From positions 62,001 through 126,000 of the forward strand of contig OW569386.1 in assembly GCA_937625935.1 (NCBI GenBank): 64,000 nt of DNA, given 5' to 3'. The notes beneath the pieces were generated by a model. It saw only the letters and a program-made list of their open reading frames with translations. It searched no databases and had not been told where the DNA came from. A program made the position numbers and the translations under genes. This DNA is from Tetramitus jugosus. Taxonomy: Eukaryota > Protista > Heterolobosea. Within the stretch, counting starts at the first letter, position 1. Every line of letters starts with the position of its first letter. This document shows, one piece after another, positions 1 to 11,044 of this stretch.

Positions 1-1211
1 ACAATGTTCTTCAACCACAGTACATTACGACGACGATCATACAAATACTTGTCATTAGATTTGGGTTTTTTCTCTTCTTCACTATCACTACTGCTACCTC
101 TGTACTCATCATCACTATCACTATCATAGCTACTACTACTGCTGCTACTTGTACTATCACTACTGCTATAGTGACGATGATGACGTCGATGATGACGACT
201 GCTGCTGCTGCTGCTGCTCCTGCGATGACGACGACTACGACGTGAATGTGGCGATGACGATGATGATGACGATGAACTGGACGAACAAGACAATGATTCT
301 CTCTTACTCAATTGTCGAAGCACTCGAGATGACAATCGTATCATTGTCGATGGTTGTTGTTGTTGTTGAAGCACTAACTGAGAAGATGACGACGGTGGTG
401 TCATTGCATTCATTGTTGTTGTTGTTCTCGCTGTTGATGTCGTTAATGATGATGATGATGGTGATGCAGAAGGTGGTGGAGTATTGGGTGTTTTGGGTGT
501 TCGTGGTGGATAGGGCTGTCTCGGTCCAGAACGACCCATTTTTGGTGTGGATCGAATCACAGTGGATGGTGGAGTCAGTTTAGGTGGTCTTCCTCTTCTC
601 TTTTTTGGTGGTGGAGTCGTAGCATTGATCAATGCACCATGAGTAGCGGCAGTAGTAGTCAAATTGAGTGCAGTAGTATTGATGGCAGCCAACAGTGGAG
701 GTGCTCCTCCAATCATGCGACTCGTGGTTGATGCATCAACTGCAATAGGTGATGAGGGAGATGGTGCGAGTGAAGCTGCCACAGAAGCCACCAATGATTG
801 ATAATGTTGATAGAAATCAGGTGCAAAAATATTGCCGATTGCAGTTGTTGTTGATGATGATGATGATGATGAGTTTGGTGGTGTCAATGGTGATGGTGAT
901 GATGATGACGATGGGAAAATAAGGGGAGGTGTCATCGGTGTAGTAGTAGTAGTTGTAGTCGCTGTCGTAGTTGTTGTGAGAGGAATTTGAGGTGGTACTG
1001 CAGTGCGTGAAGATAACAATGATGATAATGATGATGATGATGATGGAGGTGTAGATGGTAGTGGTGGTGTAGATGGAGGAGTAGTGGGAAGAGTTGATGA
1101 TGGTGATGATTGGCTCTGAAGATGTTTTTGTTGTTGATTCTCATCATCAGAGTCAACATTGATCACATCTGTCAAGAAGACAGAGTAACTCATCACTTTT
1201 TCCTGAGACAT
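1..1211 (-). CDS. AT-hook-containing low-complexity protein (partial, runs off the left edge)
   Basis: ATG at 1211 (MSQEKVMSYSVF...). The same frame encodes PPPKKRRGRPPK (AT-hook) at about 579-614, within Ser/Pro/Thr-rich sequence. Absent from the ORF track, presumably because the stop lies outside the window. Confidence 0.7.
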   Translation of the reverse strand, partial: MSQEKVMSYSVFLTDVINVDSDDENQQQKHLQSQSSPSSTLPTTPPSTPPLPSTPPSSSSSLSSLLSSRTAVPPQIPLTTTTTATTTTTTTPMTPPLIFPSSSSSPSPLTPPNSSSSSSSTTTAIGNIFAPDFYQHYQSLVASVAASLAPSPSSPIAVDASTTSRMIGGAPPLLAAINTTALNLTTTAATHGALINATTPPPKKRRGRPPKLTPPSTVIRSTPKMGRSGPRQPYPPRTPKTPNTPPPSASPSSSSLTTSTARTTTTMNAMTPPSSSSQLVLQQQQQPSTMIRLSSRVLRQLSKRESLSCSSSSSSSSSSSPHSRRSRRHRRSSSSSSSRHHRRHHRHYSSSDSTSSSSSSSYDSDSDDEYRGSSSDSEEEKKPKSNDKYLYDRRRNVLWLKNI

Positions 1212-1244
1212 TGAATTTTTGTTTTTTTGCTTGTTGTTGTTGGA

Positions 1245-2423
1245 TTAGCATGTGAGTTTATTGCTCGAGTGTTGTAGTGCGTAGAATCCAATCATTTGCT
1301 GGACAATCTCGCATGATTCTCTGCTCTTGGGTCCCTGCGAACAACATTCATAGTATGGAATGCGGTTCGACTGGCAGAACTTTAGAGCTGTTTTACCCAT
1401 GGTGTGTTCCACCTGAAGATCCTTCTTCAATCCAATCATCAGAACAGATATGTCATCTGATTGAAATTTCTGTACATAGCTGTGAAACCTTCCAGAATCA
1501 CTTGTAAACTGATTCAAGGATTCTTCATTAGTCAAGTCAAACATGAGAACGACGAGAGATGCTTCATTCAAGTAGGATCGAATAATGAACTCGAACCGAC
1601 TCTTTCCTGAACAATCCCACATTACAATCTCGCTATTGTTATTGTAATCGTACCTAAAATGTTGAACTCCAATTGTGCTCGAAATGGAATGATTCGGTGG
1701 ATAGTCATCTCTAAACTGGAGACGCTGCACAAACGAAGTCTTGCCAATAGAACTTTCTCCAATCAGTACCACCTGATACTTGTCGATTCTATAGGTTTTG
1801 CGCATTTGGTTCGATACATGTCCTCCTCGTTTCATCCAAGGTCCTTCATTGTGAATCCACATGTACAGCATCTTCCTCTCCCACTCGACGAGGCGATATC
1901 TTCGTTTCCAGCAAGTCAATTCCTTGATGTGGTACTCAAGCTGAGGGGAATGATGATATCTATGAGCATCGTCCATTAACAATTTCACGATTCGACAACT
2001 GTGAACAGCTCTATTCCACTCATGACTAATTTGAGTCAACTTGACCAAATCTGAGAACGAAGGGTGCAAATACTGCATAATAGTCTCTATCAAATCATGT
2101 TGCATTCCATTCTGTTCTCCAAACAAGTAATATTCCCGAATATCCTCTGTTCTCTCCTTACTTGATGAATGATGACTCGAGTGAGTATCCTGACAACAAA
2201 AACATTGCCCAATCCGTTCTTCTTCCCTGCTTAGTTCGTCAATGGACTTCGCGAGGTAAGTGTGAGGGTCTCTCAACTTGGTTGGATGATTGATGAACTT
2301 GTTCTGAGGGAACCAATCCATGATATTCTTTGAGTAATTCAACATGCCATAGTCATCGAATCGATAAAGAGAGTGTTCATCGCCAGCAGCATCCTGGCTT
2401 GGTCGGGAGGATAGAGATCCCAT
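1245..2423 (-). CDS. F-box-like domain fused to a Rab/Ras-like small GTPase
   Basis: G1 GESSIGKT, G2 STIGV, G3 WDCSGK, G4-like LKKD. Upstream HDLIETIMQYL...LVKLTQISHEWN fits an F-box pattern. Start is either MGSLSS at 2423 (myristoylation-like) or ORF-track 2504. Confidence 0.75.
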   Translation of the reverse strand: MGSLSSRPSQDAAGDEHSLYRFDDYGMLNYSKNIMDWFPQNKFINHPTKLRDPHTYLAKSIDELSREEERIGQCFCCQDTHSSHHSSSKERTEDIREYYLFGEQNGMQHDLIETIMQYLHPSFSDLVKLTQISHEWNRAVHSCRIVKLLMDDAHRYHHSPQLEYHIKELTCWKRRYRLVEWERKMLYMWIHNEGPWMKRGGHVSNQMRKTYRIDKYQVVLIGESSIGKTSFVQRLQFRDDYPPNHSISSTIGVQHFRYDYNNNSEIVMWDCSGKSRFEFIIRSYLNEASLVVLMFDLTNEESLNQFTSDSGRFHSYVQKFQSDDISVLMIGLKKDLQVEHTMGKTALKFCQSNRIPYYECCSQGPKSRESCEIVQQMIGFYALQHSSNKLTC

Positions 2424-2592
2424 TATTGTTCCCACAAGATATGTACAGAAGGTTTTTGCAAATGAGATTGTTTTATTCTTCGAGGGAGCATGTTGTTGCT
2501 CCAATTAACGAATCGCTCGAAGACGTCGCTTCGAACAATCGTAAAGCTATTTTGGTTGTTTGGGTCACAAGGACGAACGCGCCTTTTTACGT

Positions 2593-3627
2593 TTACTGAT
2601 TTACAATTAGGTTGTAGTGACGCCGTGGTTCGTCAAACATTAACCAAACAATTTCTTCTGCTTCCACCTGGTCTCGTGGAGTAACATCGAGAACACTGGT
2701 TACGACGTCGTCTCTCACAACGACAATCTTAAACTGGACTCTCAAAACTTGACTCAGTGCCACGATGCATGAAAAATCGCCCCATTCTCCATCATTCAAC
2801 ATATCTTTCAGATAATCTTCGACGGAGTGTTGGGACTCCTTGAGGAAAATGGTCTCCTTGAATGGAACATCGTCAATTAGTGTGTGTAAATTGTCATTCA
2901 TCCATTGAACGGCCAAAATTCGGACCTGATGGTGCTTTTCTTGTGTTTGAACCAGTCCGTTGCTGATGGAACGGAAGAGACATGATCCATCGGGCTCGCT
3001 CTGAATGATTCTCTTTCCCATGTAGCCTAAAAATTGATCAATGGTCAATGGCTGAGCCATTTCATCGCTCTGTTTGATGATGCGGCGACTGCTGTTGTTC
3101 ATGTGTTGAGCTTCATGAGGTTCTTGTGTCATGGATTCTCCAATGTTTGAGGATGATGGAGGAGCACTCTGTGGCTGAATTTGTGCTCTATTTGTGATAA
3201 CCGTGCTTGCTCCACTGTTGTCATCTGGTACCTCTGGTGAACGCTCCTTCTTGCGCCGCAAGTGAGATCGAAGGGAGCGATGATGGTGAATCGATTGATG
3301 GTTGTTTCGATGAAACAAGTGACTCCGTTCTTGCTCAACAGCATCTTCTATTTGTTGTTTTTTTTGTTGTTGATCATGTAGCTGTTGCTGTTGCTGAGAT
3401 TGATACTGTGATTGTTGTTGTTGATGATCCAGTTGGGATCGACTGCTCGTCCGATGAATCATGACGGCATTGCTGTACTCTGATGCATTCGGTATAGAAG
3501 AGTAAGAGATTTGGTAACCTTCGTCATGATCAATGTTGTCATTGGTCGAGGGAAAATACTTGCTCTGATGATAGCTATTGTTGAATAGATTATCTTCTGG
3601 TTGACGATAATAATTATGTACTGTCAT
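2593..3627 (-). CDS. OTU-family deubiquitinase
   Basis: DGSCLFRSIS (catalytic Cys), WGD and HYN motifs; Gln-rich N-terminus; first ATG at 3627. Confidence 0.85.
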   Translation of the reverse strand: MTVHNYYRQPEDNLFNNSYHQSKYFPSTNDNIDHDEGYQISYSSIPNASEYSNAVMIHRTSSRSQLDHQQQQSQYQSQQQQQLHDQQQKKQQIEDAVEQERSHLFHRNNHQSIHHHRSLRSHLRRKKERSPEVPDDNSGASTVITNRAQIQPQSAPPSSSNIGESMTQEPHEAQHMNNSSRRIIKQSDEMAQPLTIDQFLGYMGKRIIQSEPDGSCLFRSISNGLVQTQEKHHQVRILAVQWMNDNLHTLIDDVPFKETIFLKESQHSVEDYLKDMLNDGEWGDFSCIVALSQVLRVQFKIVVVRDDVVTSVLDVTPRDQVEAEEIVWLMFDEPRRHYNLIVNQ

Positions 3628-3835
3628 TTTAGTTAGAAGTAGTGGTATAGTTTTTTGAACATAGGGTGAGTTGGTTGACTTGTTTTCTTTTGTATTCGGC
3701 AAAAAGTTGCGTGTTCCCTCATTTTCCTTTGTCTTCCGTGTCCTTCGGAACTTTTGCGGAGAGTTTCTTCCTAAAAATACAACATTAACTTCCTATAAAA
3801 ATATTCCCATTCCTCAACTACCGAAGATATTGGTG

Positions 3836-5024
3836 TCATTGATTCATTTGCAATCTTAGAATATCTACTATTATCGATTCATCCTGCGAAAGGCTATCTT
3901 CAGAGTCACTTCTTCGCAATAAGGGTTGTTCTGTGCTGTCTCTAATCCAGTGATTCGCACCTTTACCTAAGATGACAAGGTTTTTGACAGCCGACACTAC
4001 CTGATCAATATCCTTGATTCTTATTTCCTTGCACACATCCTTCAATTGTGATGTAATTTTATGTAGAGCACCACTATCTACTAAACTCTGTCTCTCCTTT
4101 GCCAACCTTGTTATCTGTGACTCCTTCTGGTCCAGTTTCTCCTTAATCTTTGATATCTCATATTGATTTCTTGTAACCTCTTCGTTTAAATCTAATTTAG
4201 CCTCTTCTGATGCTCGAAGTTTTCGTTCCAACTCATATATTCTAACTCTTAGTTTTTCGGCGGTACATTCATTTCTCGATCTCTCGGTAATTTCTTGTTC
4301 CACCTTTAGCTTCAGAGTTGATATCTTTTCCGTCATTTCTCTCCTAGTTTCTTCTTTTACTTTGTTATTTCGTTCTTGTCCACTCTCTTGAAGCTCAATC
4401 AGAGTTCTCTTGAGTTTATTGTTCTCTTCCTCTACTCTTCTTGTGATCTCTTTGTATTCTTCTTTCATATCAAGAGTGTTATGTGATTCCTGAAGTGAGT
4501 TATTTAGTATCTGCTCTTTCAATCCCGAAATCTGTTGGAACAGGTTCTCCTTGTCAGTTCTAAGACTCTTTACAATTGCTTCAAGTGATCTTGTTTGTTG
4601 CTGCAAAAGTCCCTTTTCGAGCTTAATGGTGGTCAATTCATTCTTTAATGCGTCAATGCTCACCAATGTTTCTTGTGTTGTCATTCCATCATTTCTTAAA
4701 TTTTCGATTGCTTGTTTCGCTCTCTCCAACATGCCTGTTCTCGACTGAAGCTCTCTTCTTTGTTGATCAATGATCTTCCTCTGGAAAAAGAAAACCGAAT
4801 TAACATTAACTCTACATTACTAAGAAAGCACAAACATCACTTACCAACTCTGTCCTTTCTGGTGTGTCGCGAACACTGGTCATCGTGCTAGCTCGAGAAG
4901 ACGAACTGAGAGGAGATCGAGCTAGTTCAATACTACTGCCATTGCTATAGCTACTATTATTGCTGCTCCTTCCACTGTAGTTCCCACCACCACCAGTTTG
5001 TTCGTTCCTCGCATAGAAGCTCAT
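3836..5024 (-). CDS. Coiled-coil protein, 2 exons (intron 4781-4844)
   Basis: A GTAAGT...CAG intron joins the 4812-5024 ORF to the 3836-4732 ORF in frame; heptad-like E/K/L composition. Confidence 0.7.
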
Positions 5025-5089
5025 CCCTTTTGTTTATTTCGGCGATTTTTTGTTGTAAAATGACATTTGATACGTGTCTGGCTCTTTTA

Positions 5090-5680
5090 TTAATGCGCGG
5101 CAATTACTTGCTTGCAAATATCATTGGCCATGCCGATCCAAGTCTCATAACTCTTCTTTGCAGCGGAAGCACAAGTCTTTTCAAGCAAGCTCTGTATCAT
5201 TGGAACCTTCTTCTTATATTCACTACTAATTTTCACCTTGAGTTGCAACGGTTTCGTCCTATCATTGTTCACATGAGTCAACTGCCAATGAACAGTCACA
5301 CTCATGTTATCCTTCAATGCACCACTCATCATGTACATGATTGTGACTCCTTCTAACCGTTCTGGATTGTCTTCTGGTCCCACAATTGTCATTGAAGCCT
5401 TACTCATGCCACTCGTTGTTTTCAAATTGAGAAAGGTTTGAACTGCAGGTGGTGCGTTCACTGGAGCTTCAAACGTAATGACTCGTTCATAGGTCGTATG
5501 AAGAACGTTTAATGCAGTGGTGGATGTGCTTGGTGCGGACCATGGTCCAACAACTACTTTTGTGTGACCCATCTTCTCCTGTACGGCCTGTTGGAAGTTT
5601 GGGTCAGAAAACATGCGTTCCTTGAATGTGGTTGTGCTGACATGCACTGGGAATGATCCTTCGACTTCTGCTGTTTTCAT
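5090..5680 (-). CDS. VASt/StARkin-like lipid-transfer domain protein
   Basis: FPVHVS..F...MFSD..F......GH..VVVGPW...ERVITF pattern resembles VASt (GRAMD1/Lam) domains. Confidence 0.6.
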   Translation of the reverse strand: MKTAEVEGSFPVHVSTTTFKERMFSDPNFQQAVQEKMGHTKVVVGPWSAPSTSTTALNVLHTTYERVITFEAPVNAPPAVQTFLNLKTTSGMSKASMTIVGPEDNPERLEGVTIMYMMSGALKDNMSVTVHWQLTHVNNDRTKPLQLKVKISSEYKKKVPMIQSLLEKTCASAAKKSYETWIGMANDICKQVIAAH

Positions 5681-6009
5681 TGTTTATATTGTTGTTGTTG
5701 TTGTTGTTGTTTGTTTGTTTGGTTGTTTGGTTGTGTTTTTGGAAAGGTCGGTGTGGTGGAAGACCAAAGTTGTTTCAATTGAAAAATGAATGTGGCGAAG
5801 GAAATCTTCTCGTCAAGTGTTGTGTGCTCGTCCATGGCCCAAAAAAAAAGTAAATCTTTTTTGCGGGCAGTGTCACACAAGCCAGTGTCCGTGACGGTCC
5901 GTTTCGCGACATGCTGTTTGTTTGGGTGGAAGTGTCCAAAGTAGTCACCACCGTTGGTTTTTTTTTGATATGTGACGCAATTCTACAGTAAATCTGAGGG
6001 AGTTGTGTT

Positions 6010-6729
6010 TTATAGGACTGTCAGTTCCATGTCAAGTGGAAAATACTCGGTAGAGGCTTTTTGCCACTGCTGGAAGTGTTTCTTTAGGGACGCAATGTCT
6101 TCAACTCTTCTCCTGATGCCAAAGGTTGTCACGACAATTGGTTTTTCAGCATCAGCGACATCTAAATAGGCCACTTCACACATGTAAGACTCTGGCTGGC
6201 TCTCCAAAATATGTTTTAGTTCTTCCTTCTCTGGTAAAGCAACTGGATATCCAAACATTTGACTCAAAGTCTCTTCACTCACCCAAAAAGGTGAAGGACT
6301 CTGGTCCGCCGTTTTTGATGATCGACAACCAAATAGCAATTCGAAGGGAACTGCTGGCGACTCGAAAGTGTTACTGCCTACATCCATTGTATCGTCTCCC
6401 TTGGCAAAAAACAGTAAATACAGACCACAATACTCCGATTCATTGTCGGAGAAAACAGGATTAGTGATTTGCTTCAGTGTGAGGTTGGGGAAGTGTTCGA
6501 ATAGACCACTTGATTCAAGAACTTGTTTCTGATAGGCACGCATGACAGAAGAGTCATACACACCAGAAAACAGAACACATTGCTTTTTCCGAATCAACAG
6601 AAAGAAAATTTCGCCATAAAAATTAAAGTTGTCTCGATTGCATCCCTCTTGTATCTTTGAGTATTGACATGGTTGTGACCAGAATTTCAAATCTAACTCT
6701 TTTAGTTTTTCGAATAGAGGTTTGTTCAT
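6010..6729 (-). CDS. Hypothetical protein
   Basis: 239-aa ATG-initiated ORF with globular composition. Confidence 0.65.
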   Translation of the reverse strand: MNKPLFEKLKELDLKFWSQPCQYSKIQEGCNRDNFNFYGEIFFLLIRKKQCVLFSGVYDSSVMRAYQKQVLESSGLFEHFPNLTLKQITNPVFSDNESEYCGLYLLFFAKGDDTMDVGSNTFESPAVPFELLFGCRSSKTADQSPSPFWVSEETLSQMFGYPVALPEKEELKHILESQPESYMCEVAYLDVADAEKPIVVTTFGIRRRVEDIASLKKHFQQWQKASTEYFPLDMELTVL

Positions 6730-6854
6730 TTTGATTCACAATCAATTGATTGGATAGGAACTCGGGGTTTTTTTCGTTTGTTTGCTTATGAGAGTGTGGT
6801 TGACTCAGTGATATGTGATATGAAACAATTTAGAGATGATTAGATACGAATAAT

Positions 6855-7058
6855 TTATTCTTCCTTGATGTGTTTTGATTCTTCCTCAATGTCTTTGTGG
6901 GTTTCCTCGTCGAATGTTGTGACCAAGGCGTTCTTTGCAGTTAGAACAGCATCCACTAGGTTGTCTTTCCACTTTTCGTGATGGAAGTTGATTTGCTGTC
7001 TCTCGAGTTCAGTTTCGTGGTGATGTTTCAACGATGTGGTGGCCTTGGGTGACTTCAT
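6855..7058 (-). CDS. Small hydrophilic hypothetical protein (67 aa)
   Basis: ATG at 7058 (MKSPKATT...) preceded by an A/C-rich leader; charged, His-rich. Confidence 0.4.
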   Translation of the reverse strand: MKSPKATTSLKHHHETELERQQINFHHEKWKDNLVDAVLTAKNALVTTFDEETHKDIEEESKHIKEE

Positions 7059-7245
7059 ATCTCGCTTGTGTGTGAATTGATTGATACTTGTATTTGCAAG
7101 CAAGGTGAGCCATTCAACTGGAAGACCTGTTGTTTGGTCTAAAAAAGTGATCGACCCCAATCCTATTTATTGTTTTTTCGATCCTAATTACAACAACCAC
7201 TTGAGTGTATTTGATTTTTTATCAAAAGAACGACAAGATTGCAAA

Positions 7246-8775
7246 ATGACCAAGCAAACTCTAAACGAAGAAGCAGTGGGTTTACTACCGAATGATCAAT
7301 TGAGAAATAGATTCACAAACAACCAAAGCTATGGTTCTGTCTATGATCGAGGTTCTTCATCAGTGTCGCAAACCGCCCAGCAAACTCAAGCAGCAAAAGC
7401 GAGTCAGAAACGAACAAAATTACTGATTGAAAACAAATTGTTGACTCTTCATGGAGTTCAACAACAAGTGGACCTCTTAGCATTTGGGAAACGATTTTTA
7501 GTTTTGGGAGAGAACTTTCAATGTAGAATGTTCTCCCAATGTAAAGACATGCTCCAGCATTTGAAGAGAGAGTCAATCAAAACTGATGATTCTCGCGAGC
7601 TAACATTCAAACAACCAGTGTGGATCGATATTCAAGGAGCGTCCCCATCAGATATTGTAATGATGCAGAAGGACTTTTATTTTCATCCTCTAACAACAGA
7701 GGACATTCAAAGCAAGGATTATTTTGAAAAGTGGGAAGCATTTGAAGGTTACATTTATGTTGTGTTCATTGGACCCACGGCAAATGAGAATTTGTTGGAT
7801 ACATCCATTTATGATGAGAAGGGAGGAGGCACTTGGGTCGGTTCGAGACACAAGAAAGAAACATTACTCCATATTTTGGTGTTTGGCTCCTTTGTTGTTA
7901 CGATACACGAGAAACCGATGCGTGGTATCGATGTTTTGCTCAATCGAATTGAGAGTGAGTTTGAGACTAGTAGTGCAGTGAAAAAGTTCAAGGACACTCA
8001 GAAGTTTCAAAAAACGGCAATGATGACTCCCTCGACGAGTCGAATCAGTCTTCGAAGTGTGAAATCCGAGAGTAACCTAGTCTCGCATCATCAAGAAAAG
8101 AAAGAGGAAGTGTACACAAGTATACCAAGTCCAGATTGGATTTTGTATGCATGTTTAGATGTCTTCGTTGATTTGTATATACCTCCTGTTGAATTTGTGA
8201 ACTTGGAGGCTGATCAAATCGATGAGGCAATTCTAGGTATCAAGAAATTCATCAATTCAGACATCTTGCAAAGAATTGGTGTTTGCAGTCGCAACATTGG
8301 AACTCTGAGAAGATTGCTCGTACCAAAATACTCGATGACAGCTCATATTCTATCAGTGAATAGCAATCATGTCAATTTCAGTGAGAATGTTCGAGTGTAT
8401 ATGAGAGATGTTCTTGATCATTTGCAGAGATGTATTGACCGGTTGGAAACTGCACGAAAGAATCTGAATCAAACTCACGCTAACTTTGTCACTAAATTCC
8501 AATTGGAAGTTGCCAAGTCAGGTGAGAAGACGAAGTCTCTCACGAACCAAATTACCATATTTGCAAGTATCTGGGGACCAGTGTCATTCATTTCTGGTTT
8601 CTTTGGTATGAATGCAAAAACACCTGGAGAAGCAGTACCCTCTCTCGATTGGTTCTATGGCATTGTAGCAAGCTCTCTCATTCTCACACTCGTAATGGTC
8701 ATCTACTTCCGAAAGGAACTCATTACTTTGAAGTCAACGAAACCAAAAGTGTCCGACAAGAAGAAAACTGTTTAG
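7246..8775 (+). CDS. CorA/Alr1/Mnr2-family Mg2+ transporter
   Basis: WIDI, FHPLTTEDI, YMRDVLDH motifs; GFFGMN signature between two C-terminal TM helices. Confidence 0.92.
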   Translation: MTKQTLNEEAVGLLPNDQLRNRFTNNQSYGSVYDRGSSSVSQTAQQTQAAKASQKRTKLLIENKLLTLHGVQQQVDLLAFGKRFLVLGENFQCRMFSQCKDMLQHLKRESIKTDDSRELTFKQPVWIDIQGASPSDIVMMQKDFYFHPLTTEDIQSKDYFEKWEAFEGYIYVVFIGPTANENLLDTSIYDEKGGGTWVGSRHKKETLLHILVFGSFVVTIHEKPMRGIDVLLNRIESEFETSSAVKKFKDTQKFQKTAMMTPSTSRISLRSVKSESNLVSHHQEKKEEVYTSIPSPDWILYACLDVFVDLYIPPVEFVNLEADQIDEAILGIKKFINSDILQRIGVCSRNIGTLRRLLVPKYSMTAHILSVNSNHVNFSENVRVYMRDVLDHLQRCIDRLETARKNLNQTHANFVTKFQLEVAKSGEKTKSLTNQITIFASIWGPVSFISGFFGMNAKTPGEAVPSLDWFYGIVASSLILTLVMVIYFRKELITLKSTKPKVSDKKKTV

Positions 8776-8960
8776 AAATAAATACCAAAAATTGACTTCG
8801 AACCCATCCAGGTTATAATTAAGTGTTCATTGTTGCCTTTCGGAGGCAAGACTACCAAATCCTTCCACGTGAAAAGGCCACGAATTATCTATTTTCGAGG
8901 GAGAACAATCAAATACTCTTCTTCATCGATAGTAGATCGTAACAGAATCCAACCAATACA

Positions 8961-10970
8961 ATGACTGAAAAGACAATCAACGAAGTAGATAGACCATTAT
9001 CTACAATGGCTTCAAGTGATATACAAGTAAAATGTGAAGACCCAACTCCTCAATCTTTCAGCGATATCAACCACCCTAATTTTGTGCCCACTCCCATGAC
9101 TCCTCTCGATCAAGTGCTGAAGAGGATGCAGAAGGATACCCCCCCATTTGCTGATTTCCTTGGTAATCCAAACCATTTTCCTCTCACCCCAACCCCAACA
9201 ATGCTCGAACAATCCGCAGAATCATCTCTATTCGACAGAGGTCCAATTCAGAGTGAATTAGAAGCTGAAGCACAACGGGTGGATGATAATGAGCTTCATC
9301 GCTTAATTCAATCATTGCTGGAAGCAATCTCAGTGTATGAACGAGAGAATCCTTTGAACCAGGAAGTAAAAAATTTAATTGAGCAGTTAAGAACTCAAAT
9401 GGTTAATGCAGAAGATTCTCTAGTTTTATCCCGAGTTAACAGTCCCTGTGATTTGGACATTGAGAAAGAGGAACCTCGGAACAGTTCTGGTCTGGTTCGT
9501 GAACCTGATCGAACCGATACATTGGATGAATTGAGAAGAGAACAAATGCTACTAGAAATCAAAGTCAAGGATATGCTCGACAGACATAGAACTGGAGACA
9601 GTCAGAATGAAGAAGGCGAGAATAAATACATCCAGTCAACAAATGACTTGAATCCCCCGCAAGATTCAACTCATGTTCCAAAAGGAAATCGGATCTCTCT
9701 GATGATTGAACAACAACCGGAGCAAAAGTTGAAAGATAGCGTATTTTACAAAGAAAGTGTTCGAGAAATGATACCTCAAGTCATGTCCTCTCTGGATCGC
9801 GACTCCCTGGAGAAAGACTTTCCTATTCAACATAAAACGATTAGACAGGAAGAACAGAGAAGAATGTCGTTGGATCTGACATTGAGTGGCTATGATAAAT
9901 CTGGAGTTGATGTGTCAACCATCCAACTACTTCAAGATCGAGAAAGATGTGAATACATCAACACGATACTTAACGATCATTTTCCCTCTCTATACGAGTT
10001 GAAGAAAATGATATTAAATTGTGACATAGAGCTCCGGAGATATCTATCTGTGTTGAAAGATATCCTACCCACAGAACAGGAGGTAGATTATGCGGTTTGT
10101 TCTGTCTGTCACCTGAATCAAATTTCAGAACACTCGATGGGCTTATTTTTGGAGAAGGCAGAAACTAAAGCGGACCAATGGATGTTGATACTGCTCATGG
10201 AAGATGAAGCCACTCCCCATAAAGGGGCACCACAGGAAGCAATACCTATAACACAACAGGCGATCCGCCAAACAAAGCAACTTCGTCACCTTGTAGAAGC
10301 GTGGATCGGATATCACAGATTTCAGTGTCTGTATCCCCTGATTAAGGAACATATCACATGTCTCGAGGAGGCATGTATGGAAATGAAGAATAGTAAGAGT
10401 TTCTTCAAGTTTTTGGGAGTTGTGTTGGCCTTGATTAATTGCTTGTATTCCACTGGAGACAGAGAGCTCATATGGGGATTCCAAATCTCATGTCTGGGAA
10501 AATTGTTAGCAGTGAAGAACGGTGACGAATCAACCTGTCTATTGAACTATATTGACCAATTATGCTGTGAAAAGTATCCAGATTTAAAGGTGGACTCACT
10601 CTTATCTGAGTTGAGTCATGTTCCGAAAGCAGCCAATATTTCACTTGACCTACTTTCTCTCCAAATAGACGAAGTTCAGGACGATCTCCATCAACTAATT
10701 CAGTTCAGAAACGAACAGGTCTTGGAGTGCAACTTTCAGCTCTCCAAATCTTTATGTGCTGATGATAGTCTAAACGAAATGCAAGATCAGTTGGCCAAAG
10801 TTGAAGAGCGCTGGACAAATCTCCTGCAGAACATACGGAGTGTGAGAGAACTGTACTGCGAAAGGGAGTCGGACCAGATGAAAACTTTCCAATCAGTTTC
10901 GCAATTTCTTGCGTCCCTGCAAGCTGCGCACCACCAAAACTCGAGCTATCCATCAACAAATGGGGAATAA
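8961..10970 (+). CDS. Divergent formin FH2-domain protein
   Basis: SKSFFKFLGVVLALINCL...GFQISCLGKLLAVK...CLLNYI...YPDL resembles the FH2 post/coiled-coil region. Confidence 0.7.
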   Translation: MTEKTINEVDRPLSTMASSDIQVKCEDPTPQSFSDINHPNFVPTPMTPLDQVLKRMQKDTPPFADFLGNPNHFPLTPTPTMLEQSAESSLFDRGPIQSELEAEAQRVDDNELHRLIQSLLEAISVYERENPLNQEVKNLIEQLRTQMVNAEDSLVLSRVNSPCDLDIEKEEPRNSSGLVREPDRTDTLDELRREQMLLEIKVKDMLDRHRTGDSQNEEGENKYIQSTNDLNPPQDSTHVPKGNRISLMIEQQPEQKLKDSVFYKESVREMIPQVMSSLDRDSLEKDFPIQHKTIRQEEQRRMSLDLTLSGYDKSGVDVSTIQLLQDRERCEYINTILNDHFPSLYELKKMILNCDIELRRYLSVLKDILPTEQEVDYAVCSVCHLNQISEHSMGLFLEKAETKADQWMLILLMEDEATPHKGAPQEAIPITQQAIRQTKQLRHLVEAWIGYHRFQCLYPLIKEHITCLEEACMEMKNSKSFFKFLGVVLALINCLYSTGDRELIWGFQISCLGKLLAVKNGDESTCLLNYIDQLCCEKYPDLKVDSLLSELSHVPKAANISLDLLSLQIDEVQDDLHQLIQFRNEQVLECNFQLSKSLCADDSLNEMQDQLAKVEERWTNLLQNIRSVRELYCERESDQMKTFQSVSQFLASLQAAHHQNSSYPSTNGE

Positions 10971-11044
10971 AAATTCACTGAATTCGTTGAACCAGTCAAC
11001 CTTCGACATCTCGCTGACGTATCTCATGAAACTTCTCGCATGTT

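Noticed and set aside
149-583. Plus-strand ORF with poly-Cys/Asp/Met, and many similar short ORFs (e.g. 16285-16680, 45205-45552, 53157-53420)
   Set aside because: Antisense or off-frame shadows of trinucleotide repeats within real genes.
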